Position numbers and translations under genes: made by a program | Notes under the pieces: model-generated | The model's database searches: none | What the model was told of the DNA's origin: nothing | What the model saw: the letters and a program-made list of their open reading frames with translations, nothing else | Assembly (NCBI GenBank): GCA_016839785.1 | Contig: JAEOTQ010000123.1 | Coordinates: forward strand, 1-23,283 | DNA length: 23,283 bases | From: Candidatus Hodarchaeota archaeon | Lineage (GTDB): Archaea; Asgardarchaeota; Heimdallarchaeia; Hodarchaeales; Hodarchaeaceae | Direction of reading: 5' to 3' | Shown here: positions 1 to 8,048 of the stretch, in pieces | Numbering within the stretch: the first letter of the stretch is position 1 | Layout of the letters: every line of letters begins with the position of its first letter

Positions 1-30
1 AAAAAACCGTGAAGGGAGAAAATCTAGTGA

Positions 31-309
31 TTAGGTTATACCTTGATCTTCTAAGAAGAGGGTTCTCATTTGGTACATCCCCAAAAGACCTGGCTCGGTA
101 GGGTAGGATGTGATTTCTTTCTTCTTTCCTATTTCTTCTACAAGAAACTCTTGGATTCGTATCCAAGGGGCCATCGGCTCATTGCCTAGATACTGATAGA
201 GCTGCTCTATATACTGATTGACCATCGTCCCTTCATAACCTTTACCAAACCCTGGGTGCCCCTCTGGATAGAAGATTGCATGTTCTGTGGTGGAGAGATG
301 CAGCAACAT
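31..309 (-). CDS. Hypothetical protein (92 aa), possibly a gene remnant
   Basis: Open frame divergent from the acyl-CoA operon, with protein-like composition but no recognisable motif. The frame is closed upstream by TAA at 340-342, and an in-frame ATG at 408 lies beyond that stop. Confidence 0.35.
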   Translation of the reverse strand: MLLHLSTTEHAIFYPEGHPGFGKGYEGTMVNQYIEQLYQYLGNEPMAPWIRIQEFLVEEIGKKKEITSYPTEPGLLGMYQMRTLFLEDQGIT

Positions 310-446
310 TAGATCTGCGTATCTGTTATTTAACCTGTGTTAAATGGCTGAATTGTAAAGCATAAGCTTTATCCATTTCCATTTTCTAGCCTGTCCTCGA
401 GAATCCATATTTCATTCTGAATTTAATTTAACATAAAGGTCGAAAT

Positions 447-2348
447 TTGTCTATGGTTGCAGAAAATCAGAATAAAAAAGCATATTCAACACTGATTGAA
501 CAATATCCGTTAAAATTCGTGACCCCTACAAGAATCTTTCAAAATATACACAGAGGGGACAGAATTTTTGTACACACAGGATGCGGTGAACCCCAATTCT
601 TGATAAAATCACTTGCCCAATATTTAAAGAAGCATCCAAAAGCTTTCTTTGATACAGAGGTTCTATCTTGGTATAACTTGGGTGTTACTCCATATACAGA
701 CGCTGCATATCAAATAAATTTCAGACACAACTCATTTTTCGTTGCAGATTCTACTCGAGATGCTGTTAATAGTGGTCTTTCCGATTATACACCAATTTTT
801 CTTTCGAAAACACCTAGTCTATTTTACAGTGGATTAGTTCCGATAGATGTCGCACTAATTCAAGTATCCCCCCCAGACGACCATGGATATGTAAACCTTG
901 GGGTTTCTGTTGATATTGTGAAATCTGCAATCGATAATGCAGGTATTGTCATTGCACAAATGAATAAACACATGCCTCGAATACATGGAGATGGGTTTTT
1001 GCACATTAAGGATATTGATTACATTATACCTTTTGATGAACCTATTTTAGAATTCAAGCAAGAACCAACGAGTGATGAGGTAGCAAATAAAATTGGACAA
1101 TATGTTTCTCGATTAATCCAAGATGGAGATACAATACAAGTTGGTTACGGAAGTATACCAAATGCTGTAATGGCGAATTTAAAAGAGAAAAAGCACCTAG
1201 GTGTTCATACAGAACTTGTAAGTGATGGTCTTGTTCAATTAATGAAGTTAGGAGTTATCGACAATACAAAAAAATCTATCAATCGTGGAAAATCTGTAGC
1301 GTCTTTTTGTATGGGATCTCAAGCAACCTATGGGTTTATTCATGACAACCCCTCCATTGAACTCCGTCGGATTGAATATACGAACGATCCGCTAAATATT
1401 GCCCAACACGATAATATGACCGCTATTAATAGTGGTTTGCAAATAGATCTTACTGGACAGGCTTCTTCCGAGTCCATTGGTAAAACATTCTATTCTGGTA
1501 TTGGTGGTCAAGCAGATTTCATGCGTGGAGCAATTCTGGCTAATAGGGGAAAATCAATCTTAACCATACAATCCACTGCAGATAATAGAAAAACATCACG
1601 AATTGTACCATTCCTATCTGAAGGTGCGGGTGTTACCCTTAATCGTGGAGACATCCATTATGTAATTACTGAATACGGTATTGGTTATTTACATGGAAAA
1701 AACATACGTGAACGTGCAATGCAATTAATCTCTATTGCACACCCTAAATTCAGACCACAACTTATCAAAGAAGCAAAAAAAGCCAATTTAATTTATTCTG
1801 ATCAGGCTTTTATTCCAGGTAAAAAAGGAGAATATCCTGAACATCTGGAAACCTGGCGTACTACCACACGTGGTCTTGAAATATTACTCCGACCTGTTAA
1901 AATTAGTGATGAACCACTTTTGAAGGACTTTTTCTACGACCTGTCTGATCAATCACTTTATCGTCGATTTATGAGTGTCAGAAAAGATATACCTCATTCT
2001 CGGTTACAGGATTTTTGCATTATCGATTTTTCCACAGAAATTGTTGTCCTTGCTGTTATATCTAAAGGTATATCACAAGAGATTGTAGGTGTGGGTCAAT
2101 ATGGAATTGATCAGCATTCTCATACAGCGGAAGCTGCATTTGTTGTCAAAGATGACTATCATAGAAAGGGTATTGGAACAGAATTAATGAAATACCTTAC
2201 TTATCTAGCGAAATCTGCTGGATTACTTGGATTTAGTGCCGAGGTACTATTAGAGAACAGAGGTATGCTCACTTTATTCGAGAAGTTGTTCCCTAACTTG
2301 GATAAACGACTTACTGAAGGTGTTTATGAGCTCCGGATGACTTTTTAA
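447..2348 (+). CDS. Acetyl-CoA hydrolase/transferase (4-hydroxybutyrate CoA-transferase-like) fused to a C-terminal Pat-type GNAT acetyltransferase
   Basis: Family motifs IDVALIQVSPPDDHG, GDTIQVGYG, HLGVHTE (catalytic Glu, E256), SGIGGQADF and VITEYG. From about residue 463 a GNAT domain follows (LRPV..SDE.LL..FF..LS..SLY.RF, AEAAFVV, acetyl-CoA motif YHRKGIG). The start is TTG 447 or ATG 453. Confidence 0.92.
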   Translation: MSMVAENQNKKAYSTLIEQYPLKFVTPTRIFQNIHRGDRIFVHTGCGEPQFLIKSLAQYLKKHPKAFFDTEVLSWYNLGVTPYTDAAYQINFRHNSFFVADSTRDAVNSGLSDYTPIFLSKTPSLFYSGLVPIDVALIQVSPPDDHGYVNLGVSVDIVKSAIDNAGIVIAQMNKHMPRIHGDGFLHIKDIDYIIPFDEPILEFKQEPTSDEVANKIGQYVSRLIQDGDTIQVGYGSIPNAVMANLKEKKHLGVHTELVSDGLVQLMKLGVIDNTKKSINRGKSVASFCMGSQATYGFIHDNPSIELRRIEYTNDPLNIAQHDNMTAINSGLQIDLTGQASSESIGKTFYSGIGGQADFMRGAILANRGKSILTIQSTADNRKTSRIVPFLSEGAGVTLNRGDIHYVITEYGIGYLHGKNIRERAMQLISIAHPKFRPQLIKEAKKANLIYSDQAFIPGKKGEYPEHLETWRTTTRGLEILLRPVKISDEPLLKDFFYDLSDQSLYRRFMSVRKDIPHSRLQDFCIIDFSTEIVVLAVISKGISQEIVGVGQYGIDQHSHTAEAAFVVKDDYHRKGIGTELMKYLTYLAKSAGLLGFSAEVLLENRGMLTLFEKLFPNLDKRLTEGVYELRMTF

Positions 2349-2480
2349 CATCTAATCTGGAATGACAATCATCATTATATTGAAGAAGGATAATCAATAT
2401 TATAAAAGAACTAAAATCAAATTATTCCTGCATAAATTTACTTAGAATCGAATAAATCTTGATCCTCTGGATTGTAGGAC

Positions 2481-4637
2481 ATGGAGAATAAGTATCGTAT
2501 GCTAGAAATCAAAGCTCCGAACATAAAACATTTATTTGAACCGAAATCAATTGCAATCATCGGTGCATCATCGAATCGAAATAAAATTGGCTATAAAGTA
2601 GTCGATAATATTGTAGCATCAGGTTATCAAGGAAAGATTTATCCCGTTAATCCAAAGGGTGGAACAATCCTTGATTCCAAAGTTTACACATCAATAGAAT
2701 CAATAGATGATACGATTGATCTTGCCACTATCTGTGTTCCAGCAAAATACGTATTTGATTCATTAAAGAGTTGTGCAAAGAAGAAAACAAAATTTGTTTC
2801 AATAATTACTAGTGGTTTTTCTGAAATTGGAAATCTAGAAGGGGAGGAAGAATTAGTTAATTTTGCCAGAGAGAATGGAATGCGATTGCTTGGTCCAAAT
2901 ATCTTCGGAATTTTCTCTGCTAAAGCACCTGTAAACGCCACTTTTGGTTACAAGCACATTGAACCCGGATCAGTCGCTATTGTCACACAATCAGGAGCTC
3001 TGGGAGTAGCGATGATTGGTAAAACTGCTACTGAGGGAATCGGACTATCAGCGATCGTTTCAGTCGGAAATAAGTGTGATATTGATGAAGCTGACCTGAT
3101 TGAATATTTCATCACTGATGATAATACTCGAGTTATTTTATTATATATTGAGGGACTTAAACGTGGGAATAGACTGACACAAGTTCTTGAAAAGGCCACA
3201 AAAATCAAACCCGTTATCATCATAAAATCGGGCAGATCAAAACGTGGTGCAATGGCAGCTGCCTCCCATACTGGATCATTAGCAGGAGCAGATAATGTTT
3301 TCACCGATATAATTTCACGACAAGTTGGCGCGTTAAGAGCTTTAAGTGTACAGGAAGCATTAAACTGGGCTAAGTTTTTAGCTATCCAAAAAAGTCTTCC
3401 AGTAGGAGAAAATGCTGTTATAGTCACGAATGGAGGAGGAATAGGTGTTCTTGCGACCGATGCCTGTGAATTATATGGTGTAACTCTTTATGATAATCGA
3501 GAGGTTTTGAAAGAAATATTCTCTCCCGTAACACCCTCTTTTGGGTCAACTAAGAATCCTGTTGATATTACTGGACAAGCCTCCAACGAAATATATGAAC
3601 AAGCTCTTCAAGCCGCTTTAGACAGTCCTGATATTCACTCAGTAATCGTTTTAGGTTGTGAAACCGCAATATTTTCTGCAGATCAATTAGCTGCCGTTGT
3701 ACAAAGAAGGTATTTAGATGATAAGCCTGACAAACCCGTAGTTTTTTCATTTTTTGGAGGAGGTGAATTTGAGCAAGGATTGTTTGCTTTAAAATCGAAA
3801 GGAGTGCCGATTTTTTCTGATGTTTATGAAGCAGCTAGTTGTCTAGGAGCTTTGTATAAACATTATCACAACATCATAAATACTGATGATGAATTGTCCG
3901 AGTTAGATGACCCTGAAATTGATATAAAATCCATTCAAACTGTAATCGACGAAGTGCGGGCCGATAATCGACGTTTTCTACTAGTCCCTGAAGCTTTGAG
4001 GGTTATGAATGCTGCGGGAATTCCGACACCAAAAAGTTATGTGGCTAAAGATCTCGAAGAAGTTATTTATTATGCAGAGGAAGTTGTGAAGTATCCAGTT
4101 GTCATGAAGATCGTTTCCAAGGATATTATCCACAAATCTGATGCTGGCGGAGTAGCTCTTGATTTAGAAAATCGTGATGAGCTTTTGGATGCATATGAAG
4201 CAATTCTTGCCTCAGCTCGGAAATATAAACCTGATGCAAAAATTGAAGGGGTGGAAATCGTCCGAATGATCAATATGAATGAAGCGATGGAAACTATAAT
4301 TGGTGCAAGGATTGATAATACGTTTGGTCCAACCGTTATGTTTGGATTAGGCGGTATTTATGTAGAAGTACTAAAAGATGTTGCTTTTCGGGCAGTTCCA
4401 ATAAAACGATCGGATGCCATCGAAATGATACAACAGATACGCTCATATCCATTATTACTTGGGGTTCGAGGGGAAGAAGCCAAAGATATCGGAGGATGTA
4501 TCGACATCATTCTCCGATTAAGTAAGATTATACAGTTATGTAAAGATATTTCTGATATTGAAATCAACCCAGTATTAGTATTTGAACAGAATCAAGGAGT
4601 CCTAGCAGTAGATACTCGTATCTTGTTAAATCCCTAA
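2481..4637 (+). CDS. ADP-forming acetate/acyl-CoA ligase, alpha-beta fusion (CoA-binding + ligase + ATP-grasp)
   Basis: LFEPKSIAIIGAS CoA-binding fold, LLGPN, TQSGALG, phospho-His motif AASHTGSLAG (H263), TNGGGIG and NPVDITG. The ATP-grasp domain shows YPVVMKIVS, HKSDAGGV, FGPTVMFGLGG and EINP. Confidence 0.93.
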   Translation: MENKYRMLEIKAPNIKHLFEPKSIAIIGASSNRNKIGYKVVDNIVASGYQGKIYPVNPKGGTILDSKVYTSIESIDDTIDLATICVPAKYVFDSLKSCAKKKTKFVSIITSGFSEIGNLEGEEELVNFARENGMRLLGPNIFGIFSAKAPVNATFGYKHIEPGSVAIVTQSGALGVAMIGKTATEGIGLSAIVSVGNKCDIDEADLIEYFITDDNTRVILLYIEGLKRGNRLTQVLEKATKIKPVIIIKSGRSKRGAMAAASHTGSLAGADNVFTDIISRQVGALRALSVQEALNWAKFLAIQKSLPVGENAVIVTNGGGIGVLATDACELYGVTLYDNREVLKEIFSPVTPSFGSTKNPVDITGQASNEIYEQALQAALDSPDIHSVIVLGCETAIFSADQLAAVVQRRYLDDKPDKPVVFSFFGGGEFEQGLFALKSKGVPIFSDVYEAASCLGALYKHYHNIINTDDELSELDDPEIDIKSIQTVIDEVRADNRRFLLVPEALRVMNAAGIPTPKSYVAKDLEEVIYYAEEVVKYPVVMKIVSKDIIHKSDAGGVALDLENRDELLDAYEAILASARKYKPDAKIEGVEIVRMINMNEAMETIIGARIDNTFGPTVMFGLGGIYVEVLKDVAFRAVPIKRSDAIEMIQQIRSYPLLLGVRGEEAKDIGGCIDIILRLSKIIQLCKDISDIEINPVLVFEQNQGVLAVDTRILLNP

Positions 4638-4643
4638 AGGTGA
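4638..4643 (+). promoter_or_regulatory. Ribosome-binding site AGGTGA
   Basis: AGGTGA lies immediately after the ligase stop codon and 6 nt before ATG 4650, supporting operon linkage. Confidence 0.65.
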
Positions 4644-4649
4644 AAAAAA

Positions 4650-5696
4650 ATGAAAAGAATTGTGGTAGCTTCCACTCATAAAGAAGCAGGTAAAACCAGT
4701 TTAATGATAGGTATTGCAAAAGCTCTTTCTAAAAAGGATATTTCATGCGGATACATGAAACCTTTAGGAGACAGGTTGCTTTATCAAAAGAAACGTCTCT
4801 GGGACTATGATGCCTCTTTAGTTTCTAGTATTTTAGATCTTAAAGAAAAACCTGAGGATATTTCACTAGGTTTCGATCATAGCAAGTTACGTTTTATGTA
4901 TGATGAACAATCGACAAGTAAGAAGCTAAAAGAACTCTGTGATAAAGTTAGCAAAGATCATGACGTGGTTCTAATTGAGGGAGGAGAAAATCTAGCCTCG
5001 GGTCATTCCGTATATTTAGATCCGATAACAATAGCAAATAATGTCGATGCGCAGCTCTTGTTAATATTGAGTGGTGAAGGAAGTGAGATAGCTGATGAAA
5101 TTGGATTTTTAAGGAAATGTGTCCTCTCTGATCCAAATATTCTTGCAGGAGTCATAATCAATCAAGTAAGGGATATTGAGGAATTTAATAATATATACAT
5201 GGGAATTTTTGATGAATTAGAAGTCCCAGTTTTGGGAATTATTCCCTATGAGGACACCCTAGCTCATTTTACAATCGATTATCTCTACAAGACATTATTC
5301 ACTAAAGTGATCGCAGGAGAAGGGGGATTAATGAATGTGGTAAATCACATTTTCGTTGGAGCGATGAGTGCTGCACAAGTAACCTCAAAACCGCTGTGGC
5401 AGTATGAAAACAAATTGATAATCACTCCAGGTGATAGAGTAGATATGATAACCGCTGCATTAGATTCTAGTACAGCAGGAATTGTTCTTACAAACAATAT
5501 TCTACCTGATGACCCAATAATTCATTCTAAAGCTGATGCTAGGAATATTCCCATTCTTCTGGCAACTAATGATACTTTTGCTGTTGCGAAGCTAATTGAT
5601 GACATGGAAATTCTCTTTACTAAAGATGAGATACAGAAAATAAACATCTTAGAAGAACTTGTAAAAGAACATGTAAACTTAGACTTTCTGAACTAA
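4650..5696 (+). CDS. Phosphotransacetylase N-terminal-like protein (BioD-like P-loop/AAA_26 + DRTGG domain), without the catalytic PTA domain
   Basis: N-terminal STHKEAGKTS P-loop, GYMKPLG, DVVLIEGG and GVIINQV. The C-terminal part has DRTGG-type motifs VGAM and LIITPGDRVD. It begins 12 nt after the ligase gene. Confidence 0.88.
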   Translation: MKRIVVASTHKEAGKTSLMIGIAKALSKKDISCGYMKPLGDRLLYQKKRLWDYDASLVSSILDLKEKPEDISLGFDHSKLRFMYDEQSTSKKLKELCDKVSKDHDVVLIEGGENLASGHSVYLDPITIANNVDAQLLLILSGEGSEIADEIGFLRKCVLSDPNILAGVIINQVRDIEEFNNIYMGIFDELEVPVLGIIPYEDTLAHFTIDYLYKTLFTKVIAGEGGLMNVVNHIFVGAMSAAQVTSKPLWQYENKLIITPGDRVDMITAALDSSTAGIVLTNNILPDDPIIHSKADARNIPILLATNDTFAVAKLIDDMEILFTKDEIQKINILEELVKEHVNLDFLN

Positions 5697-5855
5697 TTCA
5701 TATTTAGACATTTTAAAGAAATATAAAAGGAATTATTATTACACTTCATTTACGGTAAGATACACTAGGATTTTTTATTAACCTATAAATGATAGAAGTA
5801 TGTAGGAGACCGTTTTGAATTATTCAAATGTAAAATATCGAGGACGTCATTAGAC

Positions 5856-6875
5856 ATGAATAGGAAAGAAACAACCAAAGCATTAACTGATGGATTAATT
5901 ATAACAGTATTCGAAGATGAAGGTCCTACAAACATTTACAACTCCTCTCCTTTAGCTGATGACGAAGCTTTTACCATGGCAATAAAAACGTTAACCGCAA
6001 TTGGTACAAGTCAGCCTTTTAATCCAGGAGAAATACGAGCTTACGGCCCGATTCCAACCCCCAAAGATCCTTATATATCGGAAGCTTTCATGTTTTCTTT
6101 AGCAGCAAAAGATTCTATGGACAATAGAATTGCTCAATTCGGTCGAATGATTTTCTTCTGGATTATTACTACTTCAAATTCAATAAGTAAGTACACTGAA
6201 TTCCTGAAGCTCATGGTTAAAAGAACGCTTCGGGTCTATAACATAGTAAATGACAAAGATCTATATAATGAAGAGATTCTAAAGAAGATAGACGAAAATA
6301 TTCAGATTATAGATTCAGGCATTGATGCCTATTACTTAACCGAGGCAGAGACAATCGAAGCCTTTGGAAATATCTCAATGATACCTGAAAACTCAACAAT
6401 TCTGCTTGTCACTCCAGAAAAATCTCAGATTCAAGTGATATTCCGTGATCAACCAACTCCAATTGTAAAGACAAAAGTGCGGAGTATTGTGGATGAATTC
6501 AAAAAGAAAATGCCAAGAGGAAGTCTGTACAGGTTAGAAATAGTGACCGATCCAATCATGGGAAAACAATTACTCTCAAAGTCTGGATTGGAATCACAAG
6601 CGGATATGGGGCTTCAATATCGACTTAGACTTTCAGGAAAGCTCGATTTTGAAGAACTAGATCAATTTTTGACCTTACCCGTAAAGAAGATTAGAGGTGT
6701 ATTAGCCAAACGGATTCTGGATGCTTTTAATAACAAATCCTCCCTAGATCTGACTTTACTGGCCTCAGAGGTTGGATTTTCGGAGAAATTCATAATCGAA
6801 GTCCTTCAACTTGCGATTCAAACAAATGTGATGTCGGGGTGTAAAGTTGAGGGAGGCCTTCTGAAATTTGATTAG
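5856..6875 (+). CDS. Longin/uDENN-like domain protein with a possible gelsolin-like middle domain and a C-terminal PCI-like winged helix
   Basis: 339-aa ORF. N-terminal GLIITVFEDEGP hairpin, then a helix, then AFMFSL-[loop DSMDNRIAQFGR]-MIFFWII, matching the longin strand/helix order. The C-terminus SLDLTLLASEVGFSEKFIIEVLQLAIQTNVMSGCKVE fits a PCI/winged-helix pattern. The CDS is confident; the domain calls are by eye. Confidence 0.6.
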   Translation: MNRKETTKALTDGLIITVFEDEGPTNIYNSSPLADDEAFTMAIKTLTAIGTSQPFNPGEIRAYGPIPTPKDPYISEAFMFSLAAKDSMDNRIAQFGRMIFFWIITTSNSISKYTEFLKLMVKRTLRVYNIVNDKDLYNEEILKKIDENIQIIDSGIDAYYLTEAETIEAFGNISMIPENSTILLVTPEKSQIQVIFRDQPTPIVKTKVRSIVDEFKKKMPRGSLYRLEIVTDPIMGKQLLSKSGLESQADMGLQYRLRLSGKLDFEELDQFLTLPVKKIRGVLAKRILDAFNNKSSLDLTLLASEVGFSEKFIIEVLQLAIQTNVMSGCKVEGGLLKFD

Positions 6876-6891
6876 AACTCGTGAACCATGC

Positions 6892-7830
6892 TTATAATAA
6901 TTCACTGACGATTTCTGCAAGTTTTTCCATTTTAACAAGTACATACTGAAGAGGAGAAACTTTGCGGGCAATTCCAGCTAGAAAGATTTCTGTTTTGATT
7001 TGTTGAAATACGAACATATAGTCATTGGTTTCTAAAGTCGTTTTGAAGTTATTACCCGGAAAATCCCCTCTGAGTCGTTCATAATTTGTCAACCATAAGT
7101 TCGCAGGAAGAATAATTTTATTTGCTAAGTCACCTTCTTCGAACACTGGCAGTCCATCTTCTGAATAAATAGCAATACCCGATAATTCTGCATTCTGTCT
7201 AACAAATTCTTGAATGGCCTCAGAAACAGTTTTCGCTTTGATACTTTTGGTAATAAGCGTCTGAACCATCTCTCCCACAACGGCGAATGTTGATTGATCG
7301 TATATTGAGGTTCCTCGATAAACTATTTTGATGTCTTTATCACTGGTAAAAAATGACTCCATTGTTTCAATAACTTGTTCACGCATATCTAATAACAGTA
7401 GATCAATTTTATGAAATAAACAATATATTACAGCATCAGGAGAATATTGATATAGTCTATTTACGGCATGATCAAAATAAAATTTTGATGTAGAAACAGC
7501 ATCAAAATTAGAAACATCTACAACCCAGACAAGTATGGATACATTACTGAAAATGAATTCAGCTTGATCTCCTACGAATACTGAGATAAAAGATTCTTGG
7601 CCTCCGCAATCGAAAATTTGAAAGGCAGAATCGATAATATTACGAGTAGAACGAGTATAATTTATCGTTGCATTATAATCCTTTACATCGTCAAGGGATT
7701 TTCCCTCAAATACGATGGATCGGATACTACTTTTTCCACTAGCTCCGAGGCCCATAAATAAAATCTTTGATACGGGTGTTCCAGACATTTTTAAAGGTTC
7801 CTCTAATGTGATTCTCTTGTGATAATCCAT
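6892..7830 (-). CDS. Rag (RagA/Gtr1-like) small GTPase with C-terminal roadblock domain
   Basis: G1 GLGASGKSS followed by IRSIVF, switch I ATINY, G3 DCGGQ, IFSNV, SPDAVIYCLF, Rag-type G4 HKID and G5 TSIYD. Residues about 201-312 show a roadblock pattern (helix, GIAIYSEDGLPV, helix, three strands, helix). An alternative start is ATG 7788. Confidence 0.92.
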   Translation of the reverse strand: MDYHKRITLEEPLKMSGTPVSKILFMGLGASGKSSIRSIVFEGKSLDDVKDYNATINYTRSTRNIIDSAFQIFDCGGQESFISVFVGDQAEFIFSNVSILVWVVDVSNFDAVSTSKFYFDHAVNRLYQYSPDAVIYCLFHKIDLLLLDMREQVIETMESFFTSDKDIKIVYRGTSIYDQSTFAVVGEMVQTLITKSIKAKTVSEAIQEFVRQNAELSGIAIYSEDGLPVFEEGDLANKIILPANLWLTNYERLRGDFPGNNFKTTLETNDYMFVFQQIKTEIFLAGIARKVSPLQYVLVKMEKLAEIVSELL

Positions 7831-7966
7831 TTCAATAAAGAATTGTTTTACAACTTCTGTATTGTTAAACCAGAGGTATGTACTTTCGGTCTATCCATTT
7901 TAATTTTATACTTTTTCATAAATCCAAAAGAAAAAGCACAAAACTAGGTAATTATTCATAATAACT

Positions 7967-8013
7967 AAAGGCCCAACTAGTTTTCACAAAGGCCCAACTA
8001 GTTTTCACAAGGC
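7967..8013. repeat. Perfect 21-bp tandem direct repeat (2 copies plus a 5-nt remnant), each copy containing the palindrome AACTAGTT
   Basis: AAAGGCCCAACTAGTTTTCAC at 7967-7987 and 7988-8008, then AAGGC at 8009-8013. It lies between the two divergent GTPase genes. Confidence 0.95.
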
Positions 8014-8048
8014 ATTTGAAATTCAAGAATTATATCCTTAAGAATTAA

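Noticed and set aside
150-371. Short inverted repeats (150-167, 196-210, 328-345, 356-371) as structured RNA or operators
   Set aside because: Stems of only 6-7 bp in AT-rich DNA with no shared consensus are compatible with chance.
2481-4637. Ligase as a Pat/PatZ protein acetyltransferase
   Set aside because: It has no GNAT domain and retains the catalytic His, so an active ADP-forming ligase is the better call.
2684-5136. Short minus-strand ORFs (2684-2941, 2948-3427, 3568-3750, 4070-4273, 4358-4567, 4948-5136)
   Set aside because: They are antisense shadows of well-supported enzyme genes and have no motifs.
7967-8013. Tandem repeat as a CRISPR array
   Set aside because: The copies are directly adjacent with no spacers, there are only two, and no cas genes are present.
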